Source of the DNA: Candidatus Krumholzibacteriia bacterium
GTDB lineage: Bacteria; Krumholzibacteriota; Krumholzibacteriia; WVZY01
Direction: 5' to 3'
Length of the DNA: 47,900 bases
NCBI GenBank assembly: GCA_046754105.1
Contig: JBHHVD010000009.1
Coordinates: forward strand, 1-47,900
Position 1 is the first letter of the stretch. Each line of letters starts with the position of its first letter. The notes below the pieces were generated by a model, which saw only the letters and a list, made by a program, of their open reading frames with translations, searched no databases and had not been told where the DNA came from. Position numbers and translations under genes: made by a program. This document shows positions 9,963-20,339 of the stretch, in pieces.

Positions 9963-12110
9963 CTATTGCAGATTCGTCAGTATCTCTTGAAAACGGGGAT
10001 CGGTGCGGATGGGGTCGAAATCCGGGTCTGTTTCCGCCCACGCCTTGATCGTCGCGTCGCCGCGCATGCCGTCGCAGGACTTGCGAAGGTAGCCGATCGC
10101 GTCCTCGAACTCCCCCGCCTGGGAAAAGAAACAGCTCACGTTATATAAAAGCAGAGGATTGTGAGGATCCATCGACACTGCCTGCCGCGCCCACTCGAGG
10201 CCTTTGTCGCGTTCGCCGAGCTGGACGAGGTCGATCGCTCCCAGCTGGTAGGCACGCGAATCATCCGGGTGTTGTTCGACGTGCTTCTCGACGCTCTCCA
10301 CGGCGCGCTGATACGCCGCTTCCGCACCCGCCTCCAGCTTCAGGGCTTTGTACGTCTGGGCAAGGAAGTGCCGCGCCTGGTAGTCCTCGGGTTTCATCAA
10401 GCAGGCCTGCTCGAATAGCTGCGCGGACTTTTCCATCTTGCCCTGTATGAAGCAACAGCGCGCGTAAAAATAGTATGCCTCATACAGCTTTGGATTCTGT
10501 TCGAGGGCGGTCTCGAACTCGCTCTCCGCCTTGTCGAACTCCTTGTTGAGACAGGTGATCGCGTATCCGTGGGCGGCATGCGCTTCGGCAAGGCTGGAGT
10601 CCAGCTCGAGGGCCTTGCGGCTGAACTCGATGGCCTTCTCGAGATGTTCTTTCTTCCTCCCGCAGTCGGTGAATAGAACACAATAACAATCGGCCATGCC
10701 GGCGTAGGCCAGCGAGTAGCGTGGATCGCGCTCGATCGCCTGCGAGAACATTTCGAGAGAGCGCTCGATCCCATCGCGATGCCACTGGTGAAAAAGCTCG
10801 CGGCCTCGCAGGTACAGATCATACGCGTGCACGTCTCTGGTCGCTGTCTTTTCCATGGCCTGTTTTTCCTGCGGGGTCAATCTGACCTTCAGGGCGTGGG
10901 CGATGTTCTGAGAGATTTCATCCTGCACCGCAAACACATCCTCCAGCTCGCGGTCGTACCGTTGCGACCAGATATGGTAGCCGTCGCCCACGTTAATGAG
11001 CTGCGCGGTGATCCGGAGGCGGTTGCCCACTTTCCTCACACTTCCCTCGAGCAGCGTTTTTACCCTGAGCTTCCTGCCGATTTCGCGAATATCCTCGTTT
11101 CTCTCTTTGAACGCGAAAGACGACGTCCTTGACACGACGCGCAGGCCTTCCACGTTGGTCAGGTCATTGATGATATCCTCGGCCATGCCGTCACAGAAAT
11201 ATTCCTGGTCTTTGTCCGGACTCATGTTGGTAAACGGGAGTACGGCGACAGAGACCTGGGGAGTCGTCGCGGGGATTCCAGCCATGGAGTTCGAAAAGAG
11301 CTCCTTCCTCAGCGACTTCAAGTCGGCCGCCATTTCGGCGGCACGCTCATAGCGATCGTCCAGGCGTTTCGCAAGCGCCTTTGCGATTATGCGTTCCATC
11401 TCGGCCGGGAGGTCGGCGACCAGGCCGGTAAGCGGCATCTGATCTTCATTCAAAATCCGATACACGACCGCCTGATCGAAATCACCGTGGAAAGGCAGCT
11501 GCCCGCTCACCATTTCGTAGAGAACCACCCCCAGAGACCAGATGTCCGTTCGTTGATCGACGTCTTCCCCCCGTGTCTGCTCGGGAGACATGTAGTCGAC
11601 CGTTCCCACGGAAGTGCCGCTTCTGGTCACTTTCGTCCGTCCGGCGAGTTTCGCCAGGCCGAAGTCGGTGATCTTCACCTGGCCCGTCGGCGTCACCATG
11701 ATGTTTGCGCTCTTTATGTCCCGGTGCACGATGGCCTTCTGGTGCGCGGCTTCGAGACCTTCGGCGGCCTGGATGCCGATGTCCAGCACCTCTTTAAGCT
11801 CCACCGGCCGCGATTGGATCTTCTCTTTGAGACTCTCTCCATCGACGTGAGCCATAGAAATGAAGGTCTGGTTGTTCGCTTCATCGATCTCGTAAATCGT
11901 GCAGATGTTGGGGTGGTCGAGTGCCGCCGCGGCTTGCGCCTCATAGAGAAAGCGAGCCTTGCCCGCCGAGTCGCCAAAGAGGTGCGGCTGCAGGAACTTG
12001 AGGGCGACGGTTCTTTTTAGCTTGCTGTCCTCTGCCTGGTAGACGACTCCCATGCCGCCCTCGCCGAGCTTCTTGTGGACTTTGTAGTGCAGTACGGTAC
12101 GGCCGATCAT
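9963..12110 (-). CDS. Hanks-type Ser/Thr protein kinase with TolB-N-like domain and TPR repeats
   Basis: GEGGMGVV, VALKF, HRDIKSAN, DFGLA, YMSPEQ; SVAVLPFTNMSPDKDQEYFCDG; TPR-rich C-terminal half. Confidence 0.93.
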   Translation of the reverse strand: MIGRTVLHYKVHKKLGEGGMGVVYQAEDSKLKRTVALKFLQPHLFGDSAGKARFLYEAQAAAALDHPNICTIYEIDEANNQTFISMAHVDGESLKEKIQSRPVELKEVLDIGIQAAEGLEAAHQKAIVHRDIKSANIMVTPTGQVKITDFGLAKLAGRTKVTRSGTSVGTVDYMSPEQTRGEDVDQRTDIWSLGVVLYEMVSGQLPFHGDFDQAVVYRILNEDQMPLTGLVADLPAEMERIIAKALAKRLDDRYERAAEMAADLKSLRKELFSNSMAGIPATTPQVSVAVLPFTNMSPDKDQEYFCDGMAEDIINDLTNVEGLRVVSRTSSFAFKERNEDIREIGRKLRVKTLLEGSVRKVGNRLRITAQLINVGDGYHIWSQRYDRELEDVFAVQDEISQNIAHALKVRLTPQEKQAMEKTATRDVHAYDLYLRGRELFHQWHRDGIERSLEMFSQAIERDPRYSLAYAGMADCYCVLFTDCGRKKEHLEKAIEFSRKALELDSSLAEAHAAHGYAITCLNKEFDKAESEFETALEQNPKLYEAYYFYARCCFIQGKMEKSAQLFEQACLMKPEDYQARHFLAQTYKALKLEAGAEAAYQRAVESVEKHVEQHPDDSRAYQLGAIDLVQLGERDKGLEWARQAVSMDPHNPLLLYNVSCFFSQAGEFEDAIGYLRKSCDGMRGDATIKAWAETDPDFDPIRTDPRFQEILTNLQ

Positions 12111-12404
12111 GGCATTCCCGGTAAATGGGTAGCAGGCCTCTGACTCCGCGCGGCAAGACGATGTGCGCTAGCGAGAGCCAGCACCGGCCGCCCCGGGAGG
12201 GGTGGCGCGCGGCTGCCAGGTTCGCCAGCGGAGCCATCTCCATATATCGTATGCCCAATCCGGTGATATTTCAATATTGTTTCCGATCACCCCGCTCGCA
12301 GGGCGTGGCCGTGCCCGGTATGGCCGTGGCCCCATTTCGCGTAAACCTGGCAATAAGGCGGCTGCGTGCGCCCACACGTGACCGCCGCCTTGAAGAAAGG
12401 AAAC

Positions 12405-12560
12405 CACACCGATTTCTCGGCCCGGCCGGGGTTGCTCGCTCCGAGGTTCTGGCCCACCATGGTGGCGGCCGCATTCGACATGCCCCAGGCGGGAAGTATG
12501 GTGAAGAGGGCGATTCTCACCGCTATCGTATACCCCGCCAGTGCCTCGCTCCCGTCGCAA
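12405..12560 (-). pseudogene. MATE-family efflux transporter remnant
   Basis: [46 protein letters not shown] is a MATE internal segment; only about 50 aa remain. Confidence 0.75.
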
Positions 12561-12614
12561 GAGCGCGTGGGCCGGGTATTACTATATTTTTCGTCATTTT
12601 TATAATAAAAAAGA

Positions 12615-12648
12615 TTGACATTATTAACTAATAGACTATAGTAGCCGT
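12615..12648 (+). promoter_or_regulatory. Sigma70 promoter (probably leaderless) with spacer operator
   Basis: TTGACA(12615)-16 nt-TATAGT(12637)-6 nt-ATG with no SD; TATTA-AC-TAATA palindrome in the spacer. Confidence 0.65.
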
Positions 12649-13242
12649 ATGAAACACTGCCGGCGCAAGAACACCATTACCGCCGACGCCCGCCAGCGAC
12701 GGGCCTTGAGCTCACCCATCCGTCTGGAAGTCATCGGCCAGTTCACCTCCCGCGGGGGGATGTCGATCGCCGACGTGGCGGAGCGAATGGGGAGGACACC
12801 CGCTTCGCTTTACTATCACTTCCGTGTGCTCGAGAATGTCGGACTGCTCCACAAGGTCGGCTCTCGCCCCGGTGTGAAACGGAATGAGACCCTCTATGAA
12901 CCGGTGGCGTCCCGCATCGAGTTTCCGGCGGGGCGTTCTCAGGCGGATGTGCTCGGCGCGGTTAAGGCCATGTCGTCCGCGTTCCGCATGGCGGAGCGCG
13001 ATCTCGAAGACGCCATACGCACACGTAGCGGCCGGCGGTCGGGCAAGCACAGAAATTTCTTCGCGACGCGCATGCATTGTCGCATCACAAAACAGGTGCT
13101 CGCCGAGATCAACGAACACGTGCGAGCGATCGAGAAGATTCTTACACGGGAAATTCACCGCAAGACCGTACCGGCCAACGCCGATCAGTATTGCTCGTTG
13201 ACCCTGGCCTTGCTGCCGTTGCGGGGACGCGAGAAGAAATAG
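12649..13242 (+). CDS. ArsR-like winged-HTH transcriptional regulator
   Basis: [12 protein letters not shown]...[29 protein letters not shown]...E.LY. Confidence 0.85.
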   Translation: MKHCRRKNTITADARQRRALSSPIRLEVIGQFTSRGGMSIADVAERMGRTPASLYYHFRVLENVGLLHKVGSRPGVKRNETLYEPVASRIEFPAGRSQADVLGAVKAMSSAFRMAERDLEDAIRTRSGRRSGKHRNFFATRMHCRITKQVLAEINEHVRAIEKILTREIHRKTVPANADQYCSLTLALLPLRGREKK

Positions 13243-13280
13243 CGTTTTTTTGAGATTAGAGCTAGCAAAGGAGAATCATC

Positions 13281-14009
13281 ATGGAATTCGGATTCATTGA
13301 ATACGCCCTGATGGCCATCGTTGCCGTCGCGTTGCCCATTTGGGGAGCATCCAAGTACCGGCAGTTGCAATCGCGCGTAGCGGCGAACGAGCCCAACGCC
13401 CGGGCGGGGGAGTATCGTCTGACGATCGCCGTTCAATGGATCATCACGGTTGTCGTGCTGGTCGCTTGGCTCGCCGGTGGTCGCAGTCTGCACACGCTCG
13501 GTCTGGGCTTTAAGCCCGGTGTGGGGCTATGGGTATTCGGTTCGCTGACCGTGGCCGCCTGCGTGGCGCAGATCGTTCAAATGGCGATCGTCGTTCGTAG
13601 CGACGAGAAACTGGCAGAATTGCGGGAGAAACTCGGCGCGCTGAGCGCCCTGATTCCCCACGACGATCGCGAGGCCCGGTTGTGGACGGCGTTGTCCATC
13701 ACCGCGGGGGTCTGTGAAGAGATCATCTATCGCGGATTCATGATCACGGTGGTGGCGGCGACAGTTGGCACATGGCCGGCGGTCGGTCTGACGGCGGTTG
13801 CTTTTGGAATTGCCCACGTGTACCAGGGCACGCAGGGTATGATAAAGACCGCGGGTGTTGGCGTCGTCATGGGCGTGCTGTTTGTGCTGACGGGATCCCT
13901 GTGGGCATCCATGCTTCTGCACGTGGTGGTCGATTTGACCAGCGGGCACATGAGCCGGCGAGCCGTTCTGCCCGCGGCCGATGCTCCGCCGTCACCGGCC
14001 CCCGTGTGA
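13281..14009 (+). CDS. CPBP (CAAX/Abi) intramembrane glutamic metalloprotease
   Basis: EEIIYRG, FGIAHVYQG and SMLLHVVVD motifs; multiple TM helices. Confidence 0.92.
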   Translation: MEFGFIEYALMAIVAVALPIWGASKYRQLQSRVAANEPNARAGEYRLTIAVQWIITVVVLVAWLAGGRSLHTLGLGFKPGVGLWVFGSLTVAACVAQIVQMAIVVRSDEKLAELREKLGALSALIPHDDREARLWTALSITAGVCEEIIYRGFMITVVAATVGTWPAVGLTAVAFGIAHVYQGTQGMIKTAGVGVVMGVLFVLTGSLWASMLLHVVVDLTSGHMSRRAVLPAADAPPSPAPV

Positions 14010-14108
14010 TACCGCCCGGCGGCGTGTCGATAGGAACGCGTTTCCGAAACGCCTGAAGTGGTTCTGGAAAGTGAACTTTTTCTCTATGCCGCCGGTGTGA
14101 AGTTCCCC

Positions 14109-14133
14109 GGAACCATCAGCCCCTGGTGGCGTT
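14109..14133 (+). promoter_or_regulatory. Putative ECF sigma promoter upstream of the doxX pair
   Basis: GGAAC-N16-CGTT. Confidence 0.45.
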
Positions 14134-14317
14134 CAAACGGGATGACAAGGTCTGCCCCCCTCTCTCATAAATCGCCCAAAGATTTCCGCCGATTCTCCCG
14201 CGCTTGTTGGCCAGGCAGAAGCGGCAACAACGCACCGGGCCGGTCTCCGATCGGGCAAGACGCCCGAACTGCGGTCGACGAAGGCTGCCGAACACATACC
14301 CCTGGAGGAGTGAACGG

Positions 14318-14728
14318 ATGGATGCATTTAGAAAGTACAGCCCACTGGCCGGACGAATCCTGATCGCCCTGCCGCTAATAAATTTCGGGATTTACAAGCT
14401 GTCGAACTGGAACATGATGCAACAGTGGTTTCAATTCAAGGGCCTGCCGGCTCCGGAGTTTCTTCTTGGCGCGGCGATCCTGGTAGAAATCATCGGGGGG
14501 CTCTTGTTGATCGCGGGCTTCAAGGTGCGTTGGACCGTGGTGGCCCTTGTCGGTTACCTTGTAATCGTGCATTTCACCATGCACAATTTCTGGGCGGTCG
14601 AAGGGGCCGAGCGCCAACCCGAACTCGAGAATTTCCTGAAAGGCTTGATGATTATCGGGGGGCTGTTGATCGTCTTCGCCAACGGACCGGGTGCGGTCAG
14701 CCTGGACAACCGGGCTCGCAAGAGCTAG
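14318..14728 (+). CDS. DoxX family membrane protein
   Basis: LAGRILIAL...GIYKL...EIIGGLLLIAGFKVR...HNFW...FLKGLMIIGGLL...GPGAVSLD; RBS GGAGGAG. Confidence 0.9.
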   Translation: MDAFRKYSPLAGRILIALPLINFGIYKLSNWNMMQQWFQFKGLPAPEFLLGAAILVEIIGGLLLIAGFKVRWTVVALVGYLVIVHFTMHNFWAVEGAERQPELENFLKGLMIIGGLLIVFANGPGAVSLDNRARKS

Positions 14729-14824
14729 GCTCGGGACGCGTCGCTACCGTTCTGTCTTAGGGCATTGCATCGCCACCGGTACCGGAGTACAAAACGGTCC
14801 CTTACAACTCAAGGGGGGGGAGCT

Positions 14825-15283
14825 ATGTGGAGTGTCGGACGCGTCGTATCGAGCCGTCCGGTCAACGTCGATATTGGGCTCTTGATCGTTCGGCTGGGTG
14901 TTGGTTTTAGCATAGCCGTGTTCCACGGGTACGGCAAGATCACCGGCGGCCCCGACTTGTGGACGGGGATCGGTTCCCACATGTCGAACCTGGGTATTAC
15001 GTTTGCGCCTGCCGTGTGGGGATTCATGGCGGCGTCGGCGGAGTTCTTTGGTTCGATCCTGCTCATCCTGGGTGTGTTGTTCCGGCCCGCCGCGGCGTTT
15101 CTTGCGTTCGTCATGTTCGTCGCCGCCCTGCGCCATCTCAACCTGCCCGCGGATAGTCCCGTGGCAGGCTGGAAGGGAGCGTCGCACGCCCTCGAACTTC
15201 TCGCCGTCTACGTGGCGCTCTTCTTTACCGGACCGGGGCGGTACGCATCCAGGTTGATCCTCAAACCACAGCGCGAACCCTAG
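14825..15283 (+). CDS. DoxX family membrane protein
   Basis: DIGLLIVRLGVG..HGYGK...AEFFGSILLILG...FFTGPGRYA. Confidence 0.9.
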   Translation: MWSVGRVVSSRPVNVDIGLLIVRLGVGFSIAVFHGYGKITGGPDLWTGIGSHMSNLGITFAPAVWGFMAASAEFFGSILLILGVLFRPAAAFLAFVMFVAALRHLNLPADSPVAGWKGASHALELLAVYVALFFTGPGRYASRLILKPQREP

Positions 15284-15289
15284 CCGGCA

Positions 15290-15570
15290 ACCCGCGAATC
15301 AGGTGGCGGTTTGGCCATGTGCCTGCCCATTCTTCGATCATGAGCGTGTCGGTCAGCCCCTCGGGGCCGGCGGGCGATCCACGTCTTGACAGATAGAATA
15401 TCCAGCCGCCGAAGATGGTTAGCACGAGGGCGACCAGGTGCGCCTCGGACTTGTGACACGCGAAGGGCTTGGCGGCGAGCCAGCCGGTGAGGGCTTCCAA
15501 CAGGCCGCGGTTGACCCGGGCCTCGAGCTCCTGGATTTTCTCGAGGTGGCGGATCTCGGCGATGAGCCCC
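15290..15570 (-). pseudogene. Truncated gene remnant, possibly a TetR-type C-terminal domain
   Basis: Helical ORF (LIAEIRHLEKIQELEARVNRGLLEAL...) with no convincing start or HTH, abutting an opposite-strand CPBP fragment. Confidence 0.3.
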
Positions 15571-15574
15571 GCCA

Positions 15575-15799
15575 CCGGATATTCGGGGGCTCTTACTCGC
15601 AGCCCTTCTCAACGGGGTTCCGTTCGGCCTGATTCACTTCGAGTGGGGATTTGGCGGAATGCTCGTGACGACGGTGATGGGCTCCATCCTGGGGCTCATG
15701 TATCGCGTCACCCGGCGCAACCTGTGGCCGCTTATCGCGGCCCACGCCGCGCTGGACGCCATCATGTTGCTTCAGGTCTACTATGCGGGCACCGGCTAG
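15575..15799 (+). pseudogene. CPBP protease C-terminal remnant
   Basis: Frame reads LLAALLNGVPFGLIHFEWGFGGMLVTTVMGSILGLMYRVTRRNLWPLIAAHAALDAIMLLQVYYAGTG*; the EExxxR motif and N-terminus are absent. Confidence 0.8.
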
Positions 15800-15836
15800 T
15801 GCCGGCCGAGTTACCGGCCCCACAGCGTGCACCCGC

Positions 15837-17933
15837 CTAGTTGAGCCCGCGCCGCTCGAGCAGCGGCTCGATCCTGGGTTCGCGCCCGCGAAACTTCTTG
15901 TACAGCTCCATGGGCTCCTCGGTACCGCCTCGGGCCAGGATGTACTTGCGGAACTTCGTCGCCGTCTCCTTGTCAAAGAGGCCGTTCTCCTTGAACGCCT
16001 GGAAGGCGTCGGCATCGACGACCTCCGCCCAGATGTAGCTGTAGTATCCCGACGCGTAGCCGCCGGCGAAGATGTGCCGGAAGTAGCCGCTGCGGTAACG
16101 CGAGATGATTTCGGGGATCAGTCCGATGCGGTCGAGACATTTCTGCTCGAACGACCGCACGTCACGGGGTTTCGAGTCCGGCAGCGTGTGCCAGTCCATG
16201 TCCAGATAGGAAGCGGCCAGGTATTCGGTCGTGGCGAAGCCCTGGTTGAACAGTTTTGCGTTCTTCATCTTTGCCATCAGTTCGTCGGGAATGGTCTCGC
16301 CCGTTTCATAATGGCGTGCATAGAGCTTGAGCACCTCCGGCTCCGTGGCCCAGTTCTCGATCACCTGCGACGGCATCTCCACGAAGTCACGCGCCACGGA
16401 CGTGCCGGAGAGGCTCTCGTAGGTGCAGTCAGACAGCATGCCGTGCAGTGCATGGCCGAATTCGTGAAAGAGGGTGCTGACCTCGTCGAGGCTCAACAAT
16501 GCCGGGGCGTCTGCCGTCGGTTTCGAGACGTTGGACACATTGATCACGATGGGAATGACTTTCTTGCCGTTTGCCTTGTGCTGGCTGCGGAAGGTGCTCA
16601 TCCACGCACCGCCGCGCTTGCTCGCGCGGGGATGGTAATCGACGAGGTAGACGGAAAGGAGCGAGCCGTTCTCATCCTTCACCTCGAAAGTACGCACGTC
16701 CTCGTGGAACTTTGGAATGTCGAACCGTTCGTGAAACGTAATGCCAAAGAGGCGCGTGGCCAGCCCAAACGCGCCTTTGCGGACGTTCTCCAGCTCGAAA
16801 TAAGGACGCAGCACCTCGTCGTCGAACTCGTACTTGGCCTTTTTGACCTTCTCCGCGTAGTACCACCAGTCCCACGATGCCAGTTTGAAATCATGCCCTT
16901 CGTCATAGATCATCTGCTGCATGTCCGCGCGCTCCGCCTTGGCGCGCGCGAGCGCCGGCTTCCACAGACGGTCGAGAAGCTCGTACACCCGTTTCGGCGT
17001 CTTGGCCATGTTGTCATCCAGCACGTAATGGGCGTGTGTCTTGTAACCGAGAAGCTTTGCTCGCTTTGCCCTCAGGGACGCCATTTCCTGCAGGGTTGCC
17101 TTGTTATCGTGCTCGTCGCCATTGTCTCCGCGCATGAAATACGCGCGGTATATCTTTTCACGCAAATCACGGCGCTCCGAATAACTAATGAACGGGATCA
17201 TGCTGGGTTTGTGGAGCGTAAACACCCACTTGCCTTCACGGCCGCGCTCGGTGGCCGTCTCGGACGCCGTTTGAACGACGTTGTCTGGCAGCCCGGCGAG
17301 GTCTTTCTCGTCGTCGATGACGAGTTCAAACGCGTTGTTCTCGTCGAGCACGTTCTCCCCGAACTTGAGGGTGAGGAGGGAGAGGCGCTCGTTGATGTCC
17401 CGAAGCTCCGTCTTCTGCTCGTCGGAGAGCCGGGCGCCGCCGCGCACAAAACCCTTGTACGTTTCCTCCAGGAGGCGCTTCTGCTCGGTGTCGAGGCCGA
17501 GGCGGCCACGCTTGTCGTAGACCTCTTTCACCCGTTTGAAGAGCGCCGGGTTTAGATTGATGTCGTCACTGAGTGCGGATAGCTTCGGCGCGATCTCCTT
17601 GGCGATTTCATCGATCTCGTCATTTGTGTCTGCCGAGCGGAGGTTGAAGAACACGTTGCCCACGTTATCGAGCAACGCCCCCGAATACTCCAGCGCCTCG
17701 ATCGTATTGGCAAAGCTCGGAGGAGCGGGGTCATTGACAATGGCGTCGACCTCCTTGCGCTGCTGCTCCATGCCCGCGTCGAACGCGGGCATGTAGTGCC
17801 CGGTTTCGATACGGGCGAAGTCAGGTACTTCGAAAGGAGTGCCCCATTTGCTGAAGAAAGGGTTTTCGCCGGTTGCGGCCGCGGCGGTTGCCAGCGCGGC
17901 GAGCAATGCGATCGTTACGGCAAAGCGTCTCAT
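15837..17933 (-). CDS. dcp: M3-family metallopeptidase (peptidyl-dipeptidase Dcp), exported
   Basis: Signal peptide; NPFF; KRGGAWM; FHEFGHALHGMLS; RDFVEMPSQ; HIFAGGYASGYYSYIWAE. Confidence 0.93.
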   Translation of the reverse strand: MRRFAVTIALLAALATAAAATGENPFFSKWGTPFEVPDFARIETGHYMPAFDAGMEQQRKEVDAIVNDPAPPSFANTIEALEYSGALLDNVGNVFFNLRSADTNDEIDEIAKEIAPKLSALSDDINLNPALFKRVKEVYDKRGRLGLDTEQKRLLEETYKGFVRGGARLSDEQKTELRDINERLSLLTLKFGENVLDENNAFELVIDDEKDLAGLPDNVVQTASETATERGREGKWVFTLHKPSMIPFISYSERRDLREKIYRAYFMRGDNGDEHDNKATLQEMASLRAKRAKLLGYKTHAHYVLDDNMAKTPKRVYELLDRLWKPALARAKAERADMQQMIYDEGHDFKLASWDWWYYAEKVKKAKYEFDDEVLRPYFELENVRKGAFGLATRLFGITFHERFDIPKFHEDVRTFEVKDENGSLLSVYLVDYHPRASKRGGAWMSTFRSQHKANGKKVIPIVINVSNVSKPTADAPALLSLDEVSTLFHEFGHALHGMLSDCTYESLSGTSVARDFVEMPSQVIENWATEPEVLKLYARHYETGETIPDELMAKMKNAKLFNQGFATTEYLAASYLDMDWHTLPDSKPRDVRSFEQKCLDRIGLIPEIISRYRSGYFRHIFAGGYASGYYSYIWAEVVDADAFQAFKENGLFDKETATKFRKYILARGGTEEPMELYKKFRGREPRIEPLLERRGLN

Positions 17934-18108
17934 ACGTTTCCTCCTGCTATGTGGTTGGCGGCCCGGCGATGGTTTCTTAAGCGCGAATCGTTGCAGCGTC
18001 GCACCCGGCGGGCCCGGCCGAGTTTATCAAACAGACCATCCTGCGTACAAGGCCCCTGGCGTGCGTTACGGGGCCAGCCAGGAAGGGGTAGGCGCTGCTG
18101 TGGAAAGC

Positions 18109-18570
18109 CTAGAAGCGGAATCCCAGGTCGATGGACATGAGCCCGATGATGGCGCCCACGCCGATACCGTAGGCGAGGTGACCGAGAACGTGCGCGGCGG
18201 CGACCTCGAAGCCGGCCTCCTGGAACTGCTTCACCGGGTGATTCTCGGATACGGCAGCAACCAGGATGAACCCCATGACGAACCCGTGCACGAACCCGAT
18301 GAGCGCTCCGAGCCCGATCATGGCCGCCGTGGAGGAGACGTCCAGCCCGCCGAGTACGAGCGCGTAGGGAAAGGCGAGAATCGCCCCGGCCGCAGAATGG
18401 AGCAGGACCCCGGGCGGGAGCGAGCCCGAGTAGGAGCGCGTGATGAGGCTGCCGAGCGCTCGGATCATGTCGGCTCTCGCCCACCCCGACCGGTGAATGA
18501 TCGTCATCAAGAGGGTCATGAGCGCGGTGCCGCCAAGACCGGCGATTATCGTCTCGAGGATCCCAACCAT
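18109..18570 (-). CDS. Hypothetical 4-TM membrane protein
   Basis: Hydrophobic helices with conserved-looking His residues (LLHSAAG, HVLGHLAYG). Confidence 0.75.
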   Translation of the reverse strand: MVGILETIIAGLGGTALMTLLMTIIHRSGWARADMIRALGSLITRSYSGSLPPGVLLHSAAGAILAFPYALVLGGLDVSSTAAMIGLGALIGFVHGFVMGFILVAAVSENHPVKQFQEAGFEVAAAHVLGHLAYGIGVGAIIGLMSIDLGFRF

Positions 18571-18857
18571 GGTTCTCGTTGGTCGGTTACCCGGGCCGTA
18601 GCCTTACGGTGCGGGGCGCGGTTTTTTGGTAATGCCATCGCCCGGAACGCCCCTGAAGCGTTCGGCGGGAGCCACGGGCTCCCCGGCGACCGGCCGATCA
18701 CACCCAGACGGTCTTTTCTTGACGCATGCAGGTTAGATTGTTGTCGGATTCGAGATGACGGCCTATCATTGGGCACACTGGTATTCGGCGCCGGTAGCCC
18801 CGGCTGCGAATTCCGCGTTTTTCGAGCGAGGCGACATACGTGACCGCATTCACTATA

Positions 18858-20333
18858 ATGAGGATACCCCTGTTTTTGAGAATGGCCGTTGCCTTGGCCT
18901 TGGGTTCTCTGCTGGCGTGCGGCGGCAGGCAGGTGGCGAGGCCGGGGCCACTCATCCCGCCCGGGTGTGAGATTCTGCCGAAGCCGGCCTCGGGCCCCGA
19001 CACCGTTACCGTCGCGCTGCTGGACGCCATCGAGCCGGGACGCGCTCCATGGGCGGGCAACGCCGGTGAACGGCTGGTGTTCGGCCATCTGTACGAGACC
19101 CTGATAACGGTCGATTGCCTGGAGGTGGTGCGGGCCGGGCTCGCCGAGTCATGGAAGAGCGGCAAAGGCGGCCGGCGCTGGACTTTCGAGTTGCGCCGGG
19201 ACGCGCGCTTTTGGGACGGCGCACCCGTGACCGCCCGCGACGTCGAGGTGAGCTGGCGCGACGCATTGACCCTCGGCACCGTCATCGATTCGGCCGCCGC
19301 TACCGGCGACCACACGTTGCAGGTGTACCTCAAACGGCGGCATCGCGGTGTTCCCCGGGAGCTCTCCGCATCGGTGTTTGCGGTGACGAAGCCGGATACG
19401 GACTCGCGCTGGCTGCTCGGCACCGGACCGTACCGGATCGACGCGTCTGCGGACCGATCGCTTCGTATGACCCGCCGCCAGTACATCGCCCGGCCCGCGT
19501 TCGGGGCGAGGGGTCCGGTCATCCGCTTCGTGGAAACCCCGGCTGCCGGCGCCCGGGACGCGCTCGAGAGCGGCATCGACGTGATGATCACGGTGGATCC
19601 GGCCGTGATCGACTACGCGACGGCCCGGAGTCAGTTCGCCATGGTTGCGCTGCCGTGGGACAAGACGTACGTTCTCCTGTCGACATCTCGCGCAGACGCG
19701 TTACGGGAGCGCCAAAGGCTCGGGGAGGTTTCCCCGCGGCTCTCGGAAGGGCTGGCGCGGGACGCCGTACGGGGCGACGCCCGCGGGTACCGGTCTCCGT
19801 CGTGGTGGGATGACCTCCGCCACTGCGGCGAATTGTCCACGTCGGTCTCGAGACCGGCGCCCGGTCCCCGCGCGACATACACCGGGACCGGGTTGCGGCG
19901 CATCCTCTACGATCTGAACGATCCGGTCGCGCGCGACCTCGCCGAGCGGATCGTCGCGCTCGCTGCGACCGATCCCGCTGTTTCTCCCGAAGCGGCGGCG
20001 CTGACCGCGCTTGTCCCCGGTTTGACGGGCAACGAAGCCGGCATGAATGCGGAAGGTGTCACGACCGGCGAGCTCGGCCCCCGGCTGCGGCGCGGTCGTG
20101 ATTTCGCCTACGTGATCGCCATCCCGAGACGCCCGCCGGCTCCGTGTTACGAGGCGCGGGAACTCATGAACCGGGCGCCGTGGCTGGCGCCTCTGGGATC
20201 GGAATTTCCCAGGGCGCTCATTCCGCTCGTGGATACGCGACCGCACGCGATCGCGAGGCACGAGGAGACCGGGCTCGTGGCCGATTGGTACGGCAGCGTC
20301 GTCATAGCAAACGGCATGGCGCGAGGGAAGTAG
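18858..20333 (+). CDS. Family-5 ABC substrate-binding-like lipoprotein (divergent)
   Basis: Lipobox GSLLAC; HLYETLITVD...GLAESW...WTFELRRDARFWDGAPVTARDV; LGTGPYRI. No permease or ATPase genes adjacent. Confidence 0.8.
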   Translation: MRIPLFLRMAVALALGSLLACGGRQVARPGPLIPPGCEILPKPASGPDTVTVALLDAIEPGRAPWAGNAGERLVFGHLYETLITVDCLEVVRAGLAESWKSGKGGRRWTFELRRDARFWDGAPVTARDVEVSWRDALTLGTVIDSAAATGDHTLQVYLKRRHRGVPRELSASVFAVTKPDTDSRWLLGTGPYRIDASADRSLRMTRRQYIARPAFGARGPVIRFVETPAAGARDALESGIDVMITVDPAVIDYATARSQFAMVALPWDKTYVLLSTSRADALRERQRLGEVSPRLSEGLARDAVRGDARGYRSPSWWDDLRHCGELSTSVSRPAPGPRATYTGTGLRRILYDLNDPVARDLAERIVALAATDPAVSPEAAALTALVPGLTGNEAGMNAEGVTTGELGPRLRRGRDFAYVIAIPRRPPAPCYEARELMNRAPWLAPLGSEFPRALIPLVDTRPHAIARHEETGLVADWYGSVVIANGMARGK

Positions 20334-20339
20334 TACACG

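Noticed and set aside
14813..14820. G8 tract before the second doxX as a phase-variation switch
   Set aside because: The tract is short and coincides with the Shine-Dalgarno region; there is no evidence of variability.
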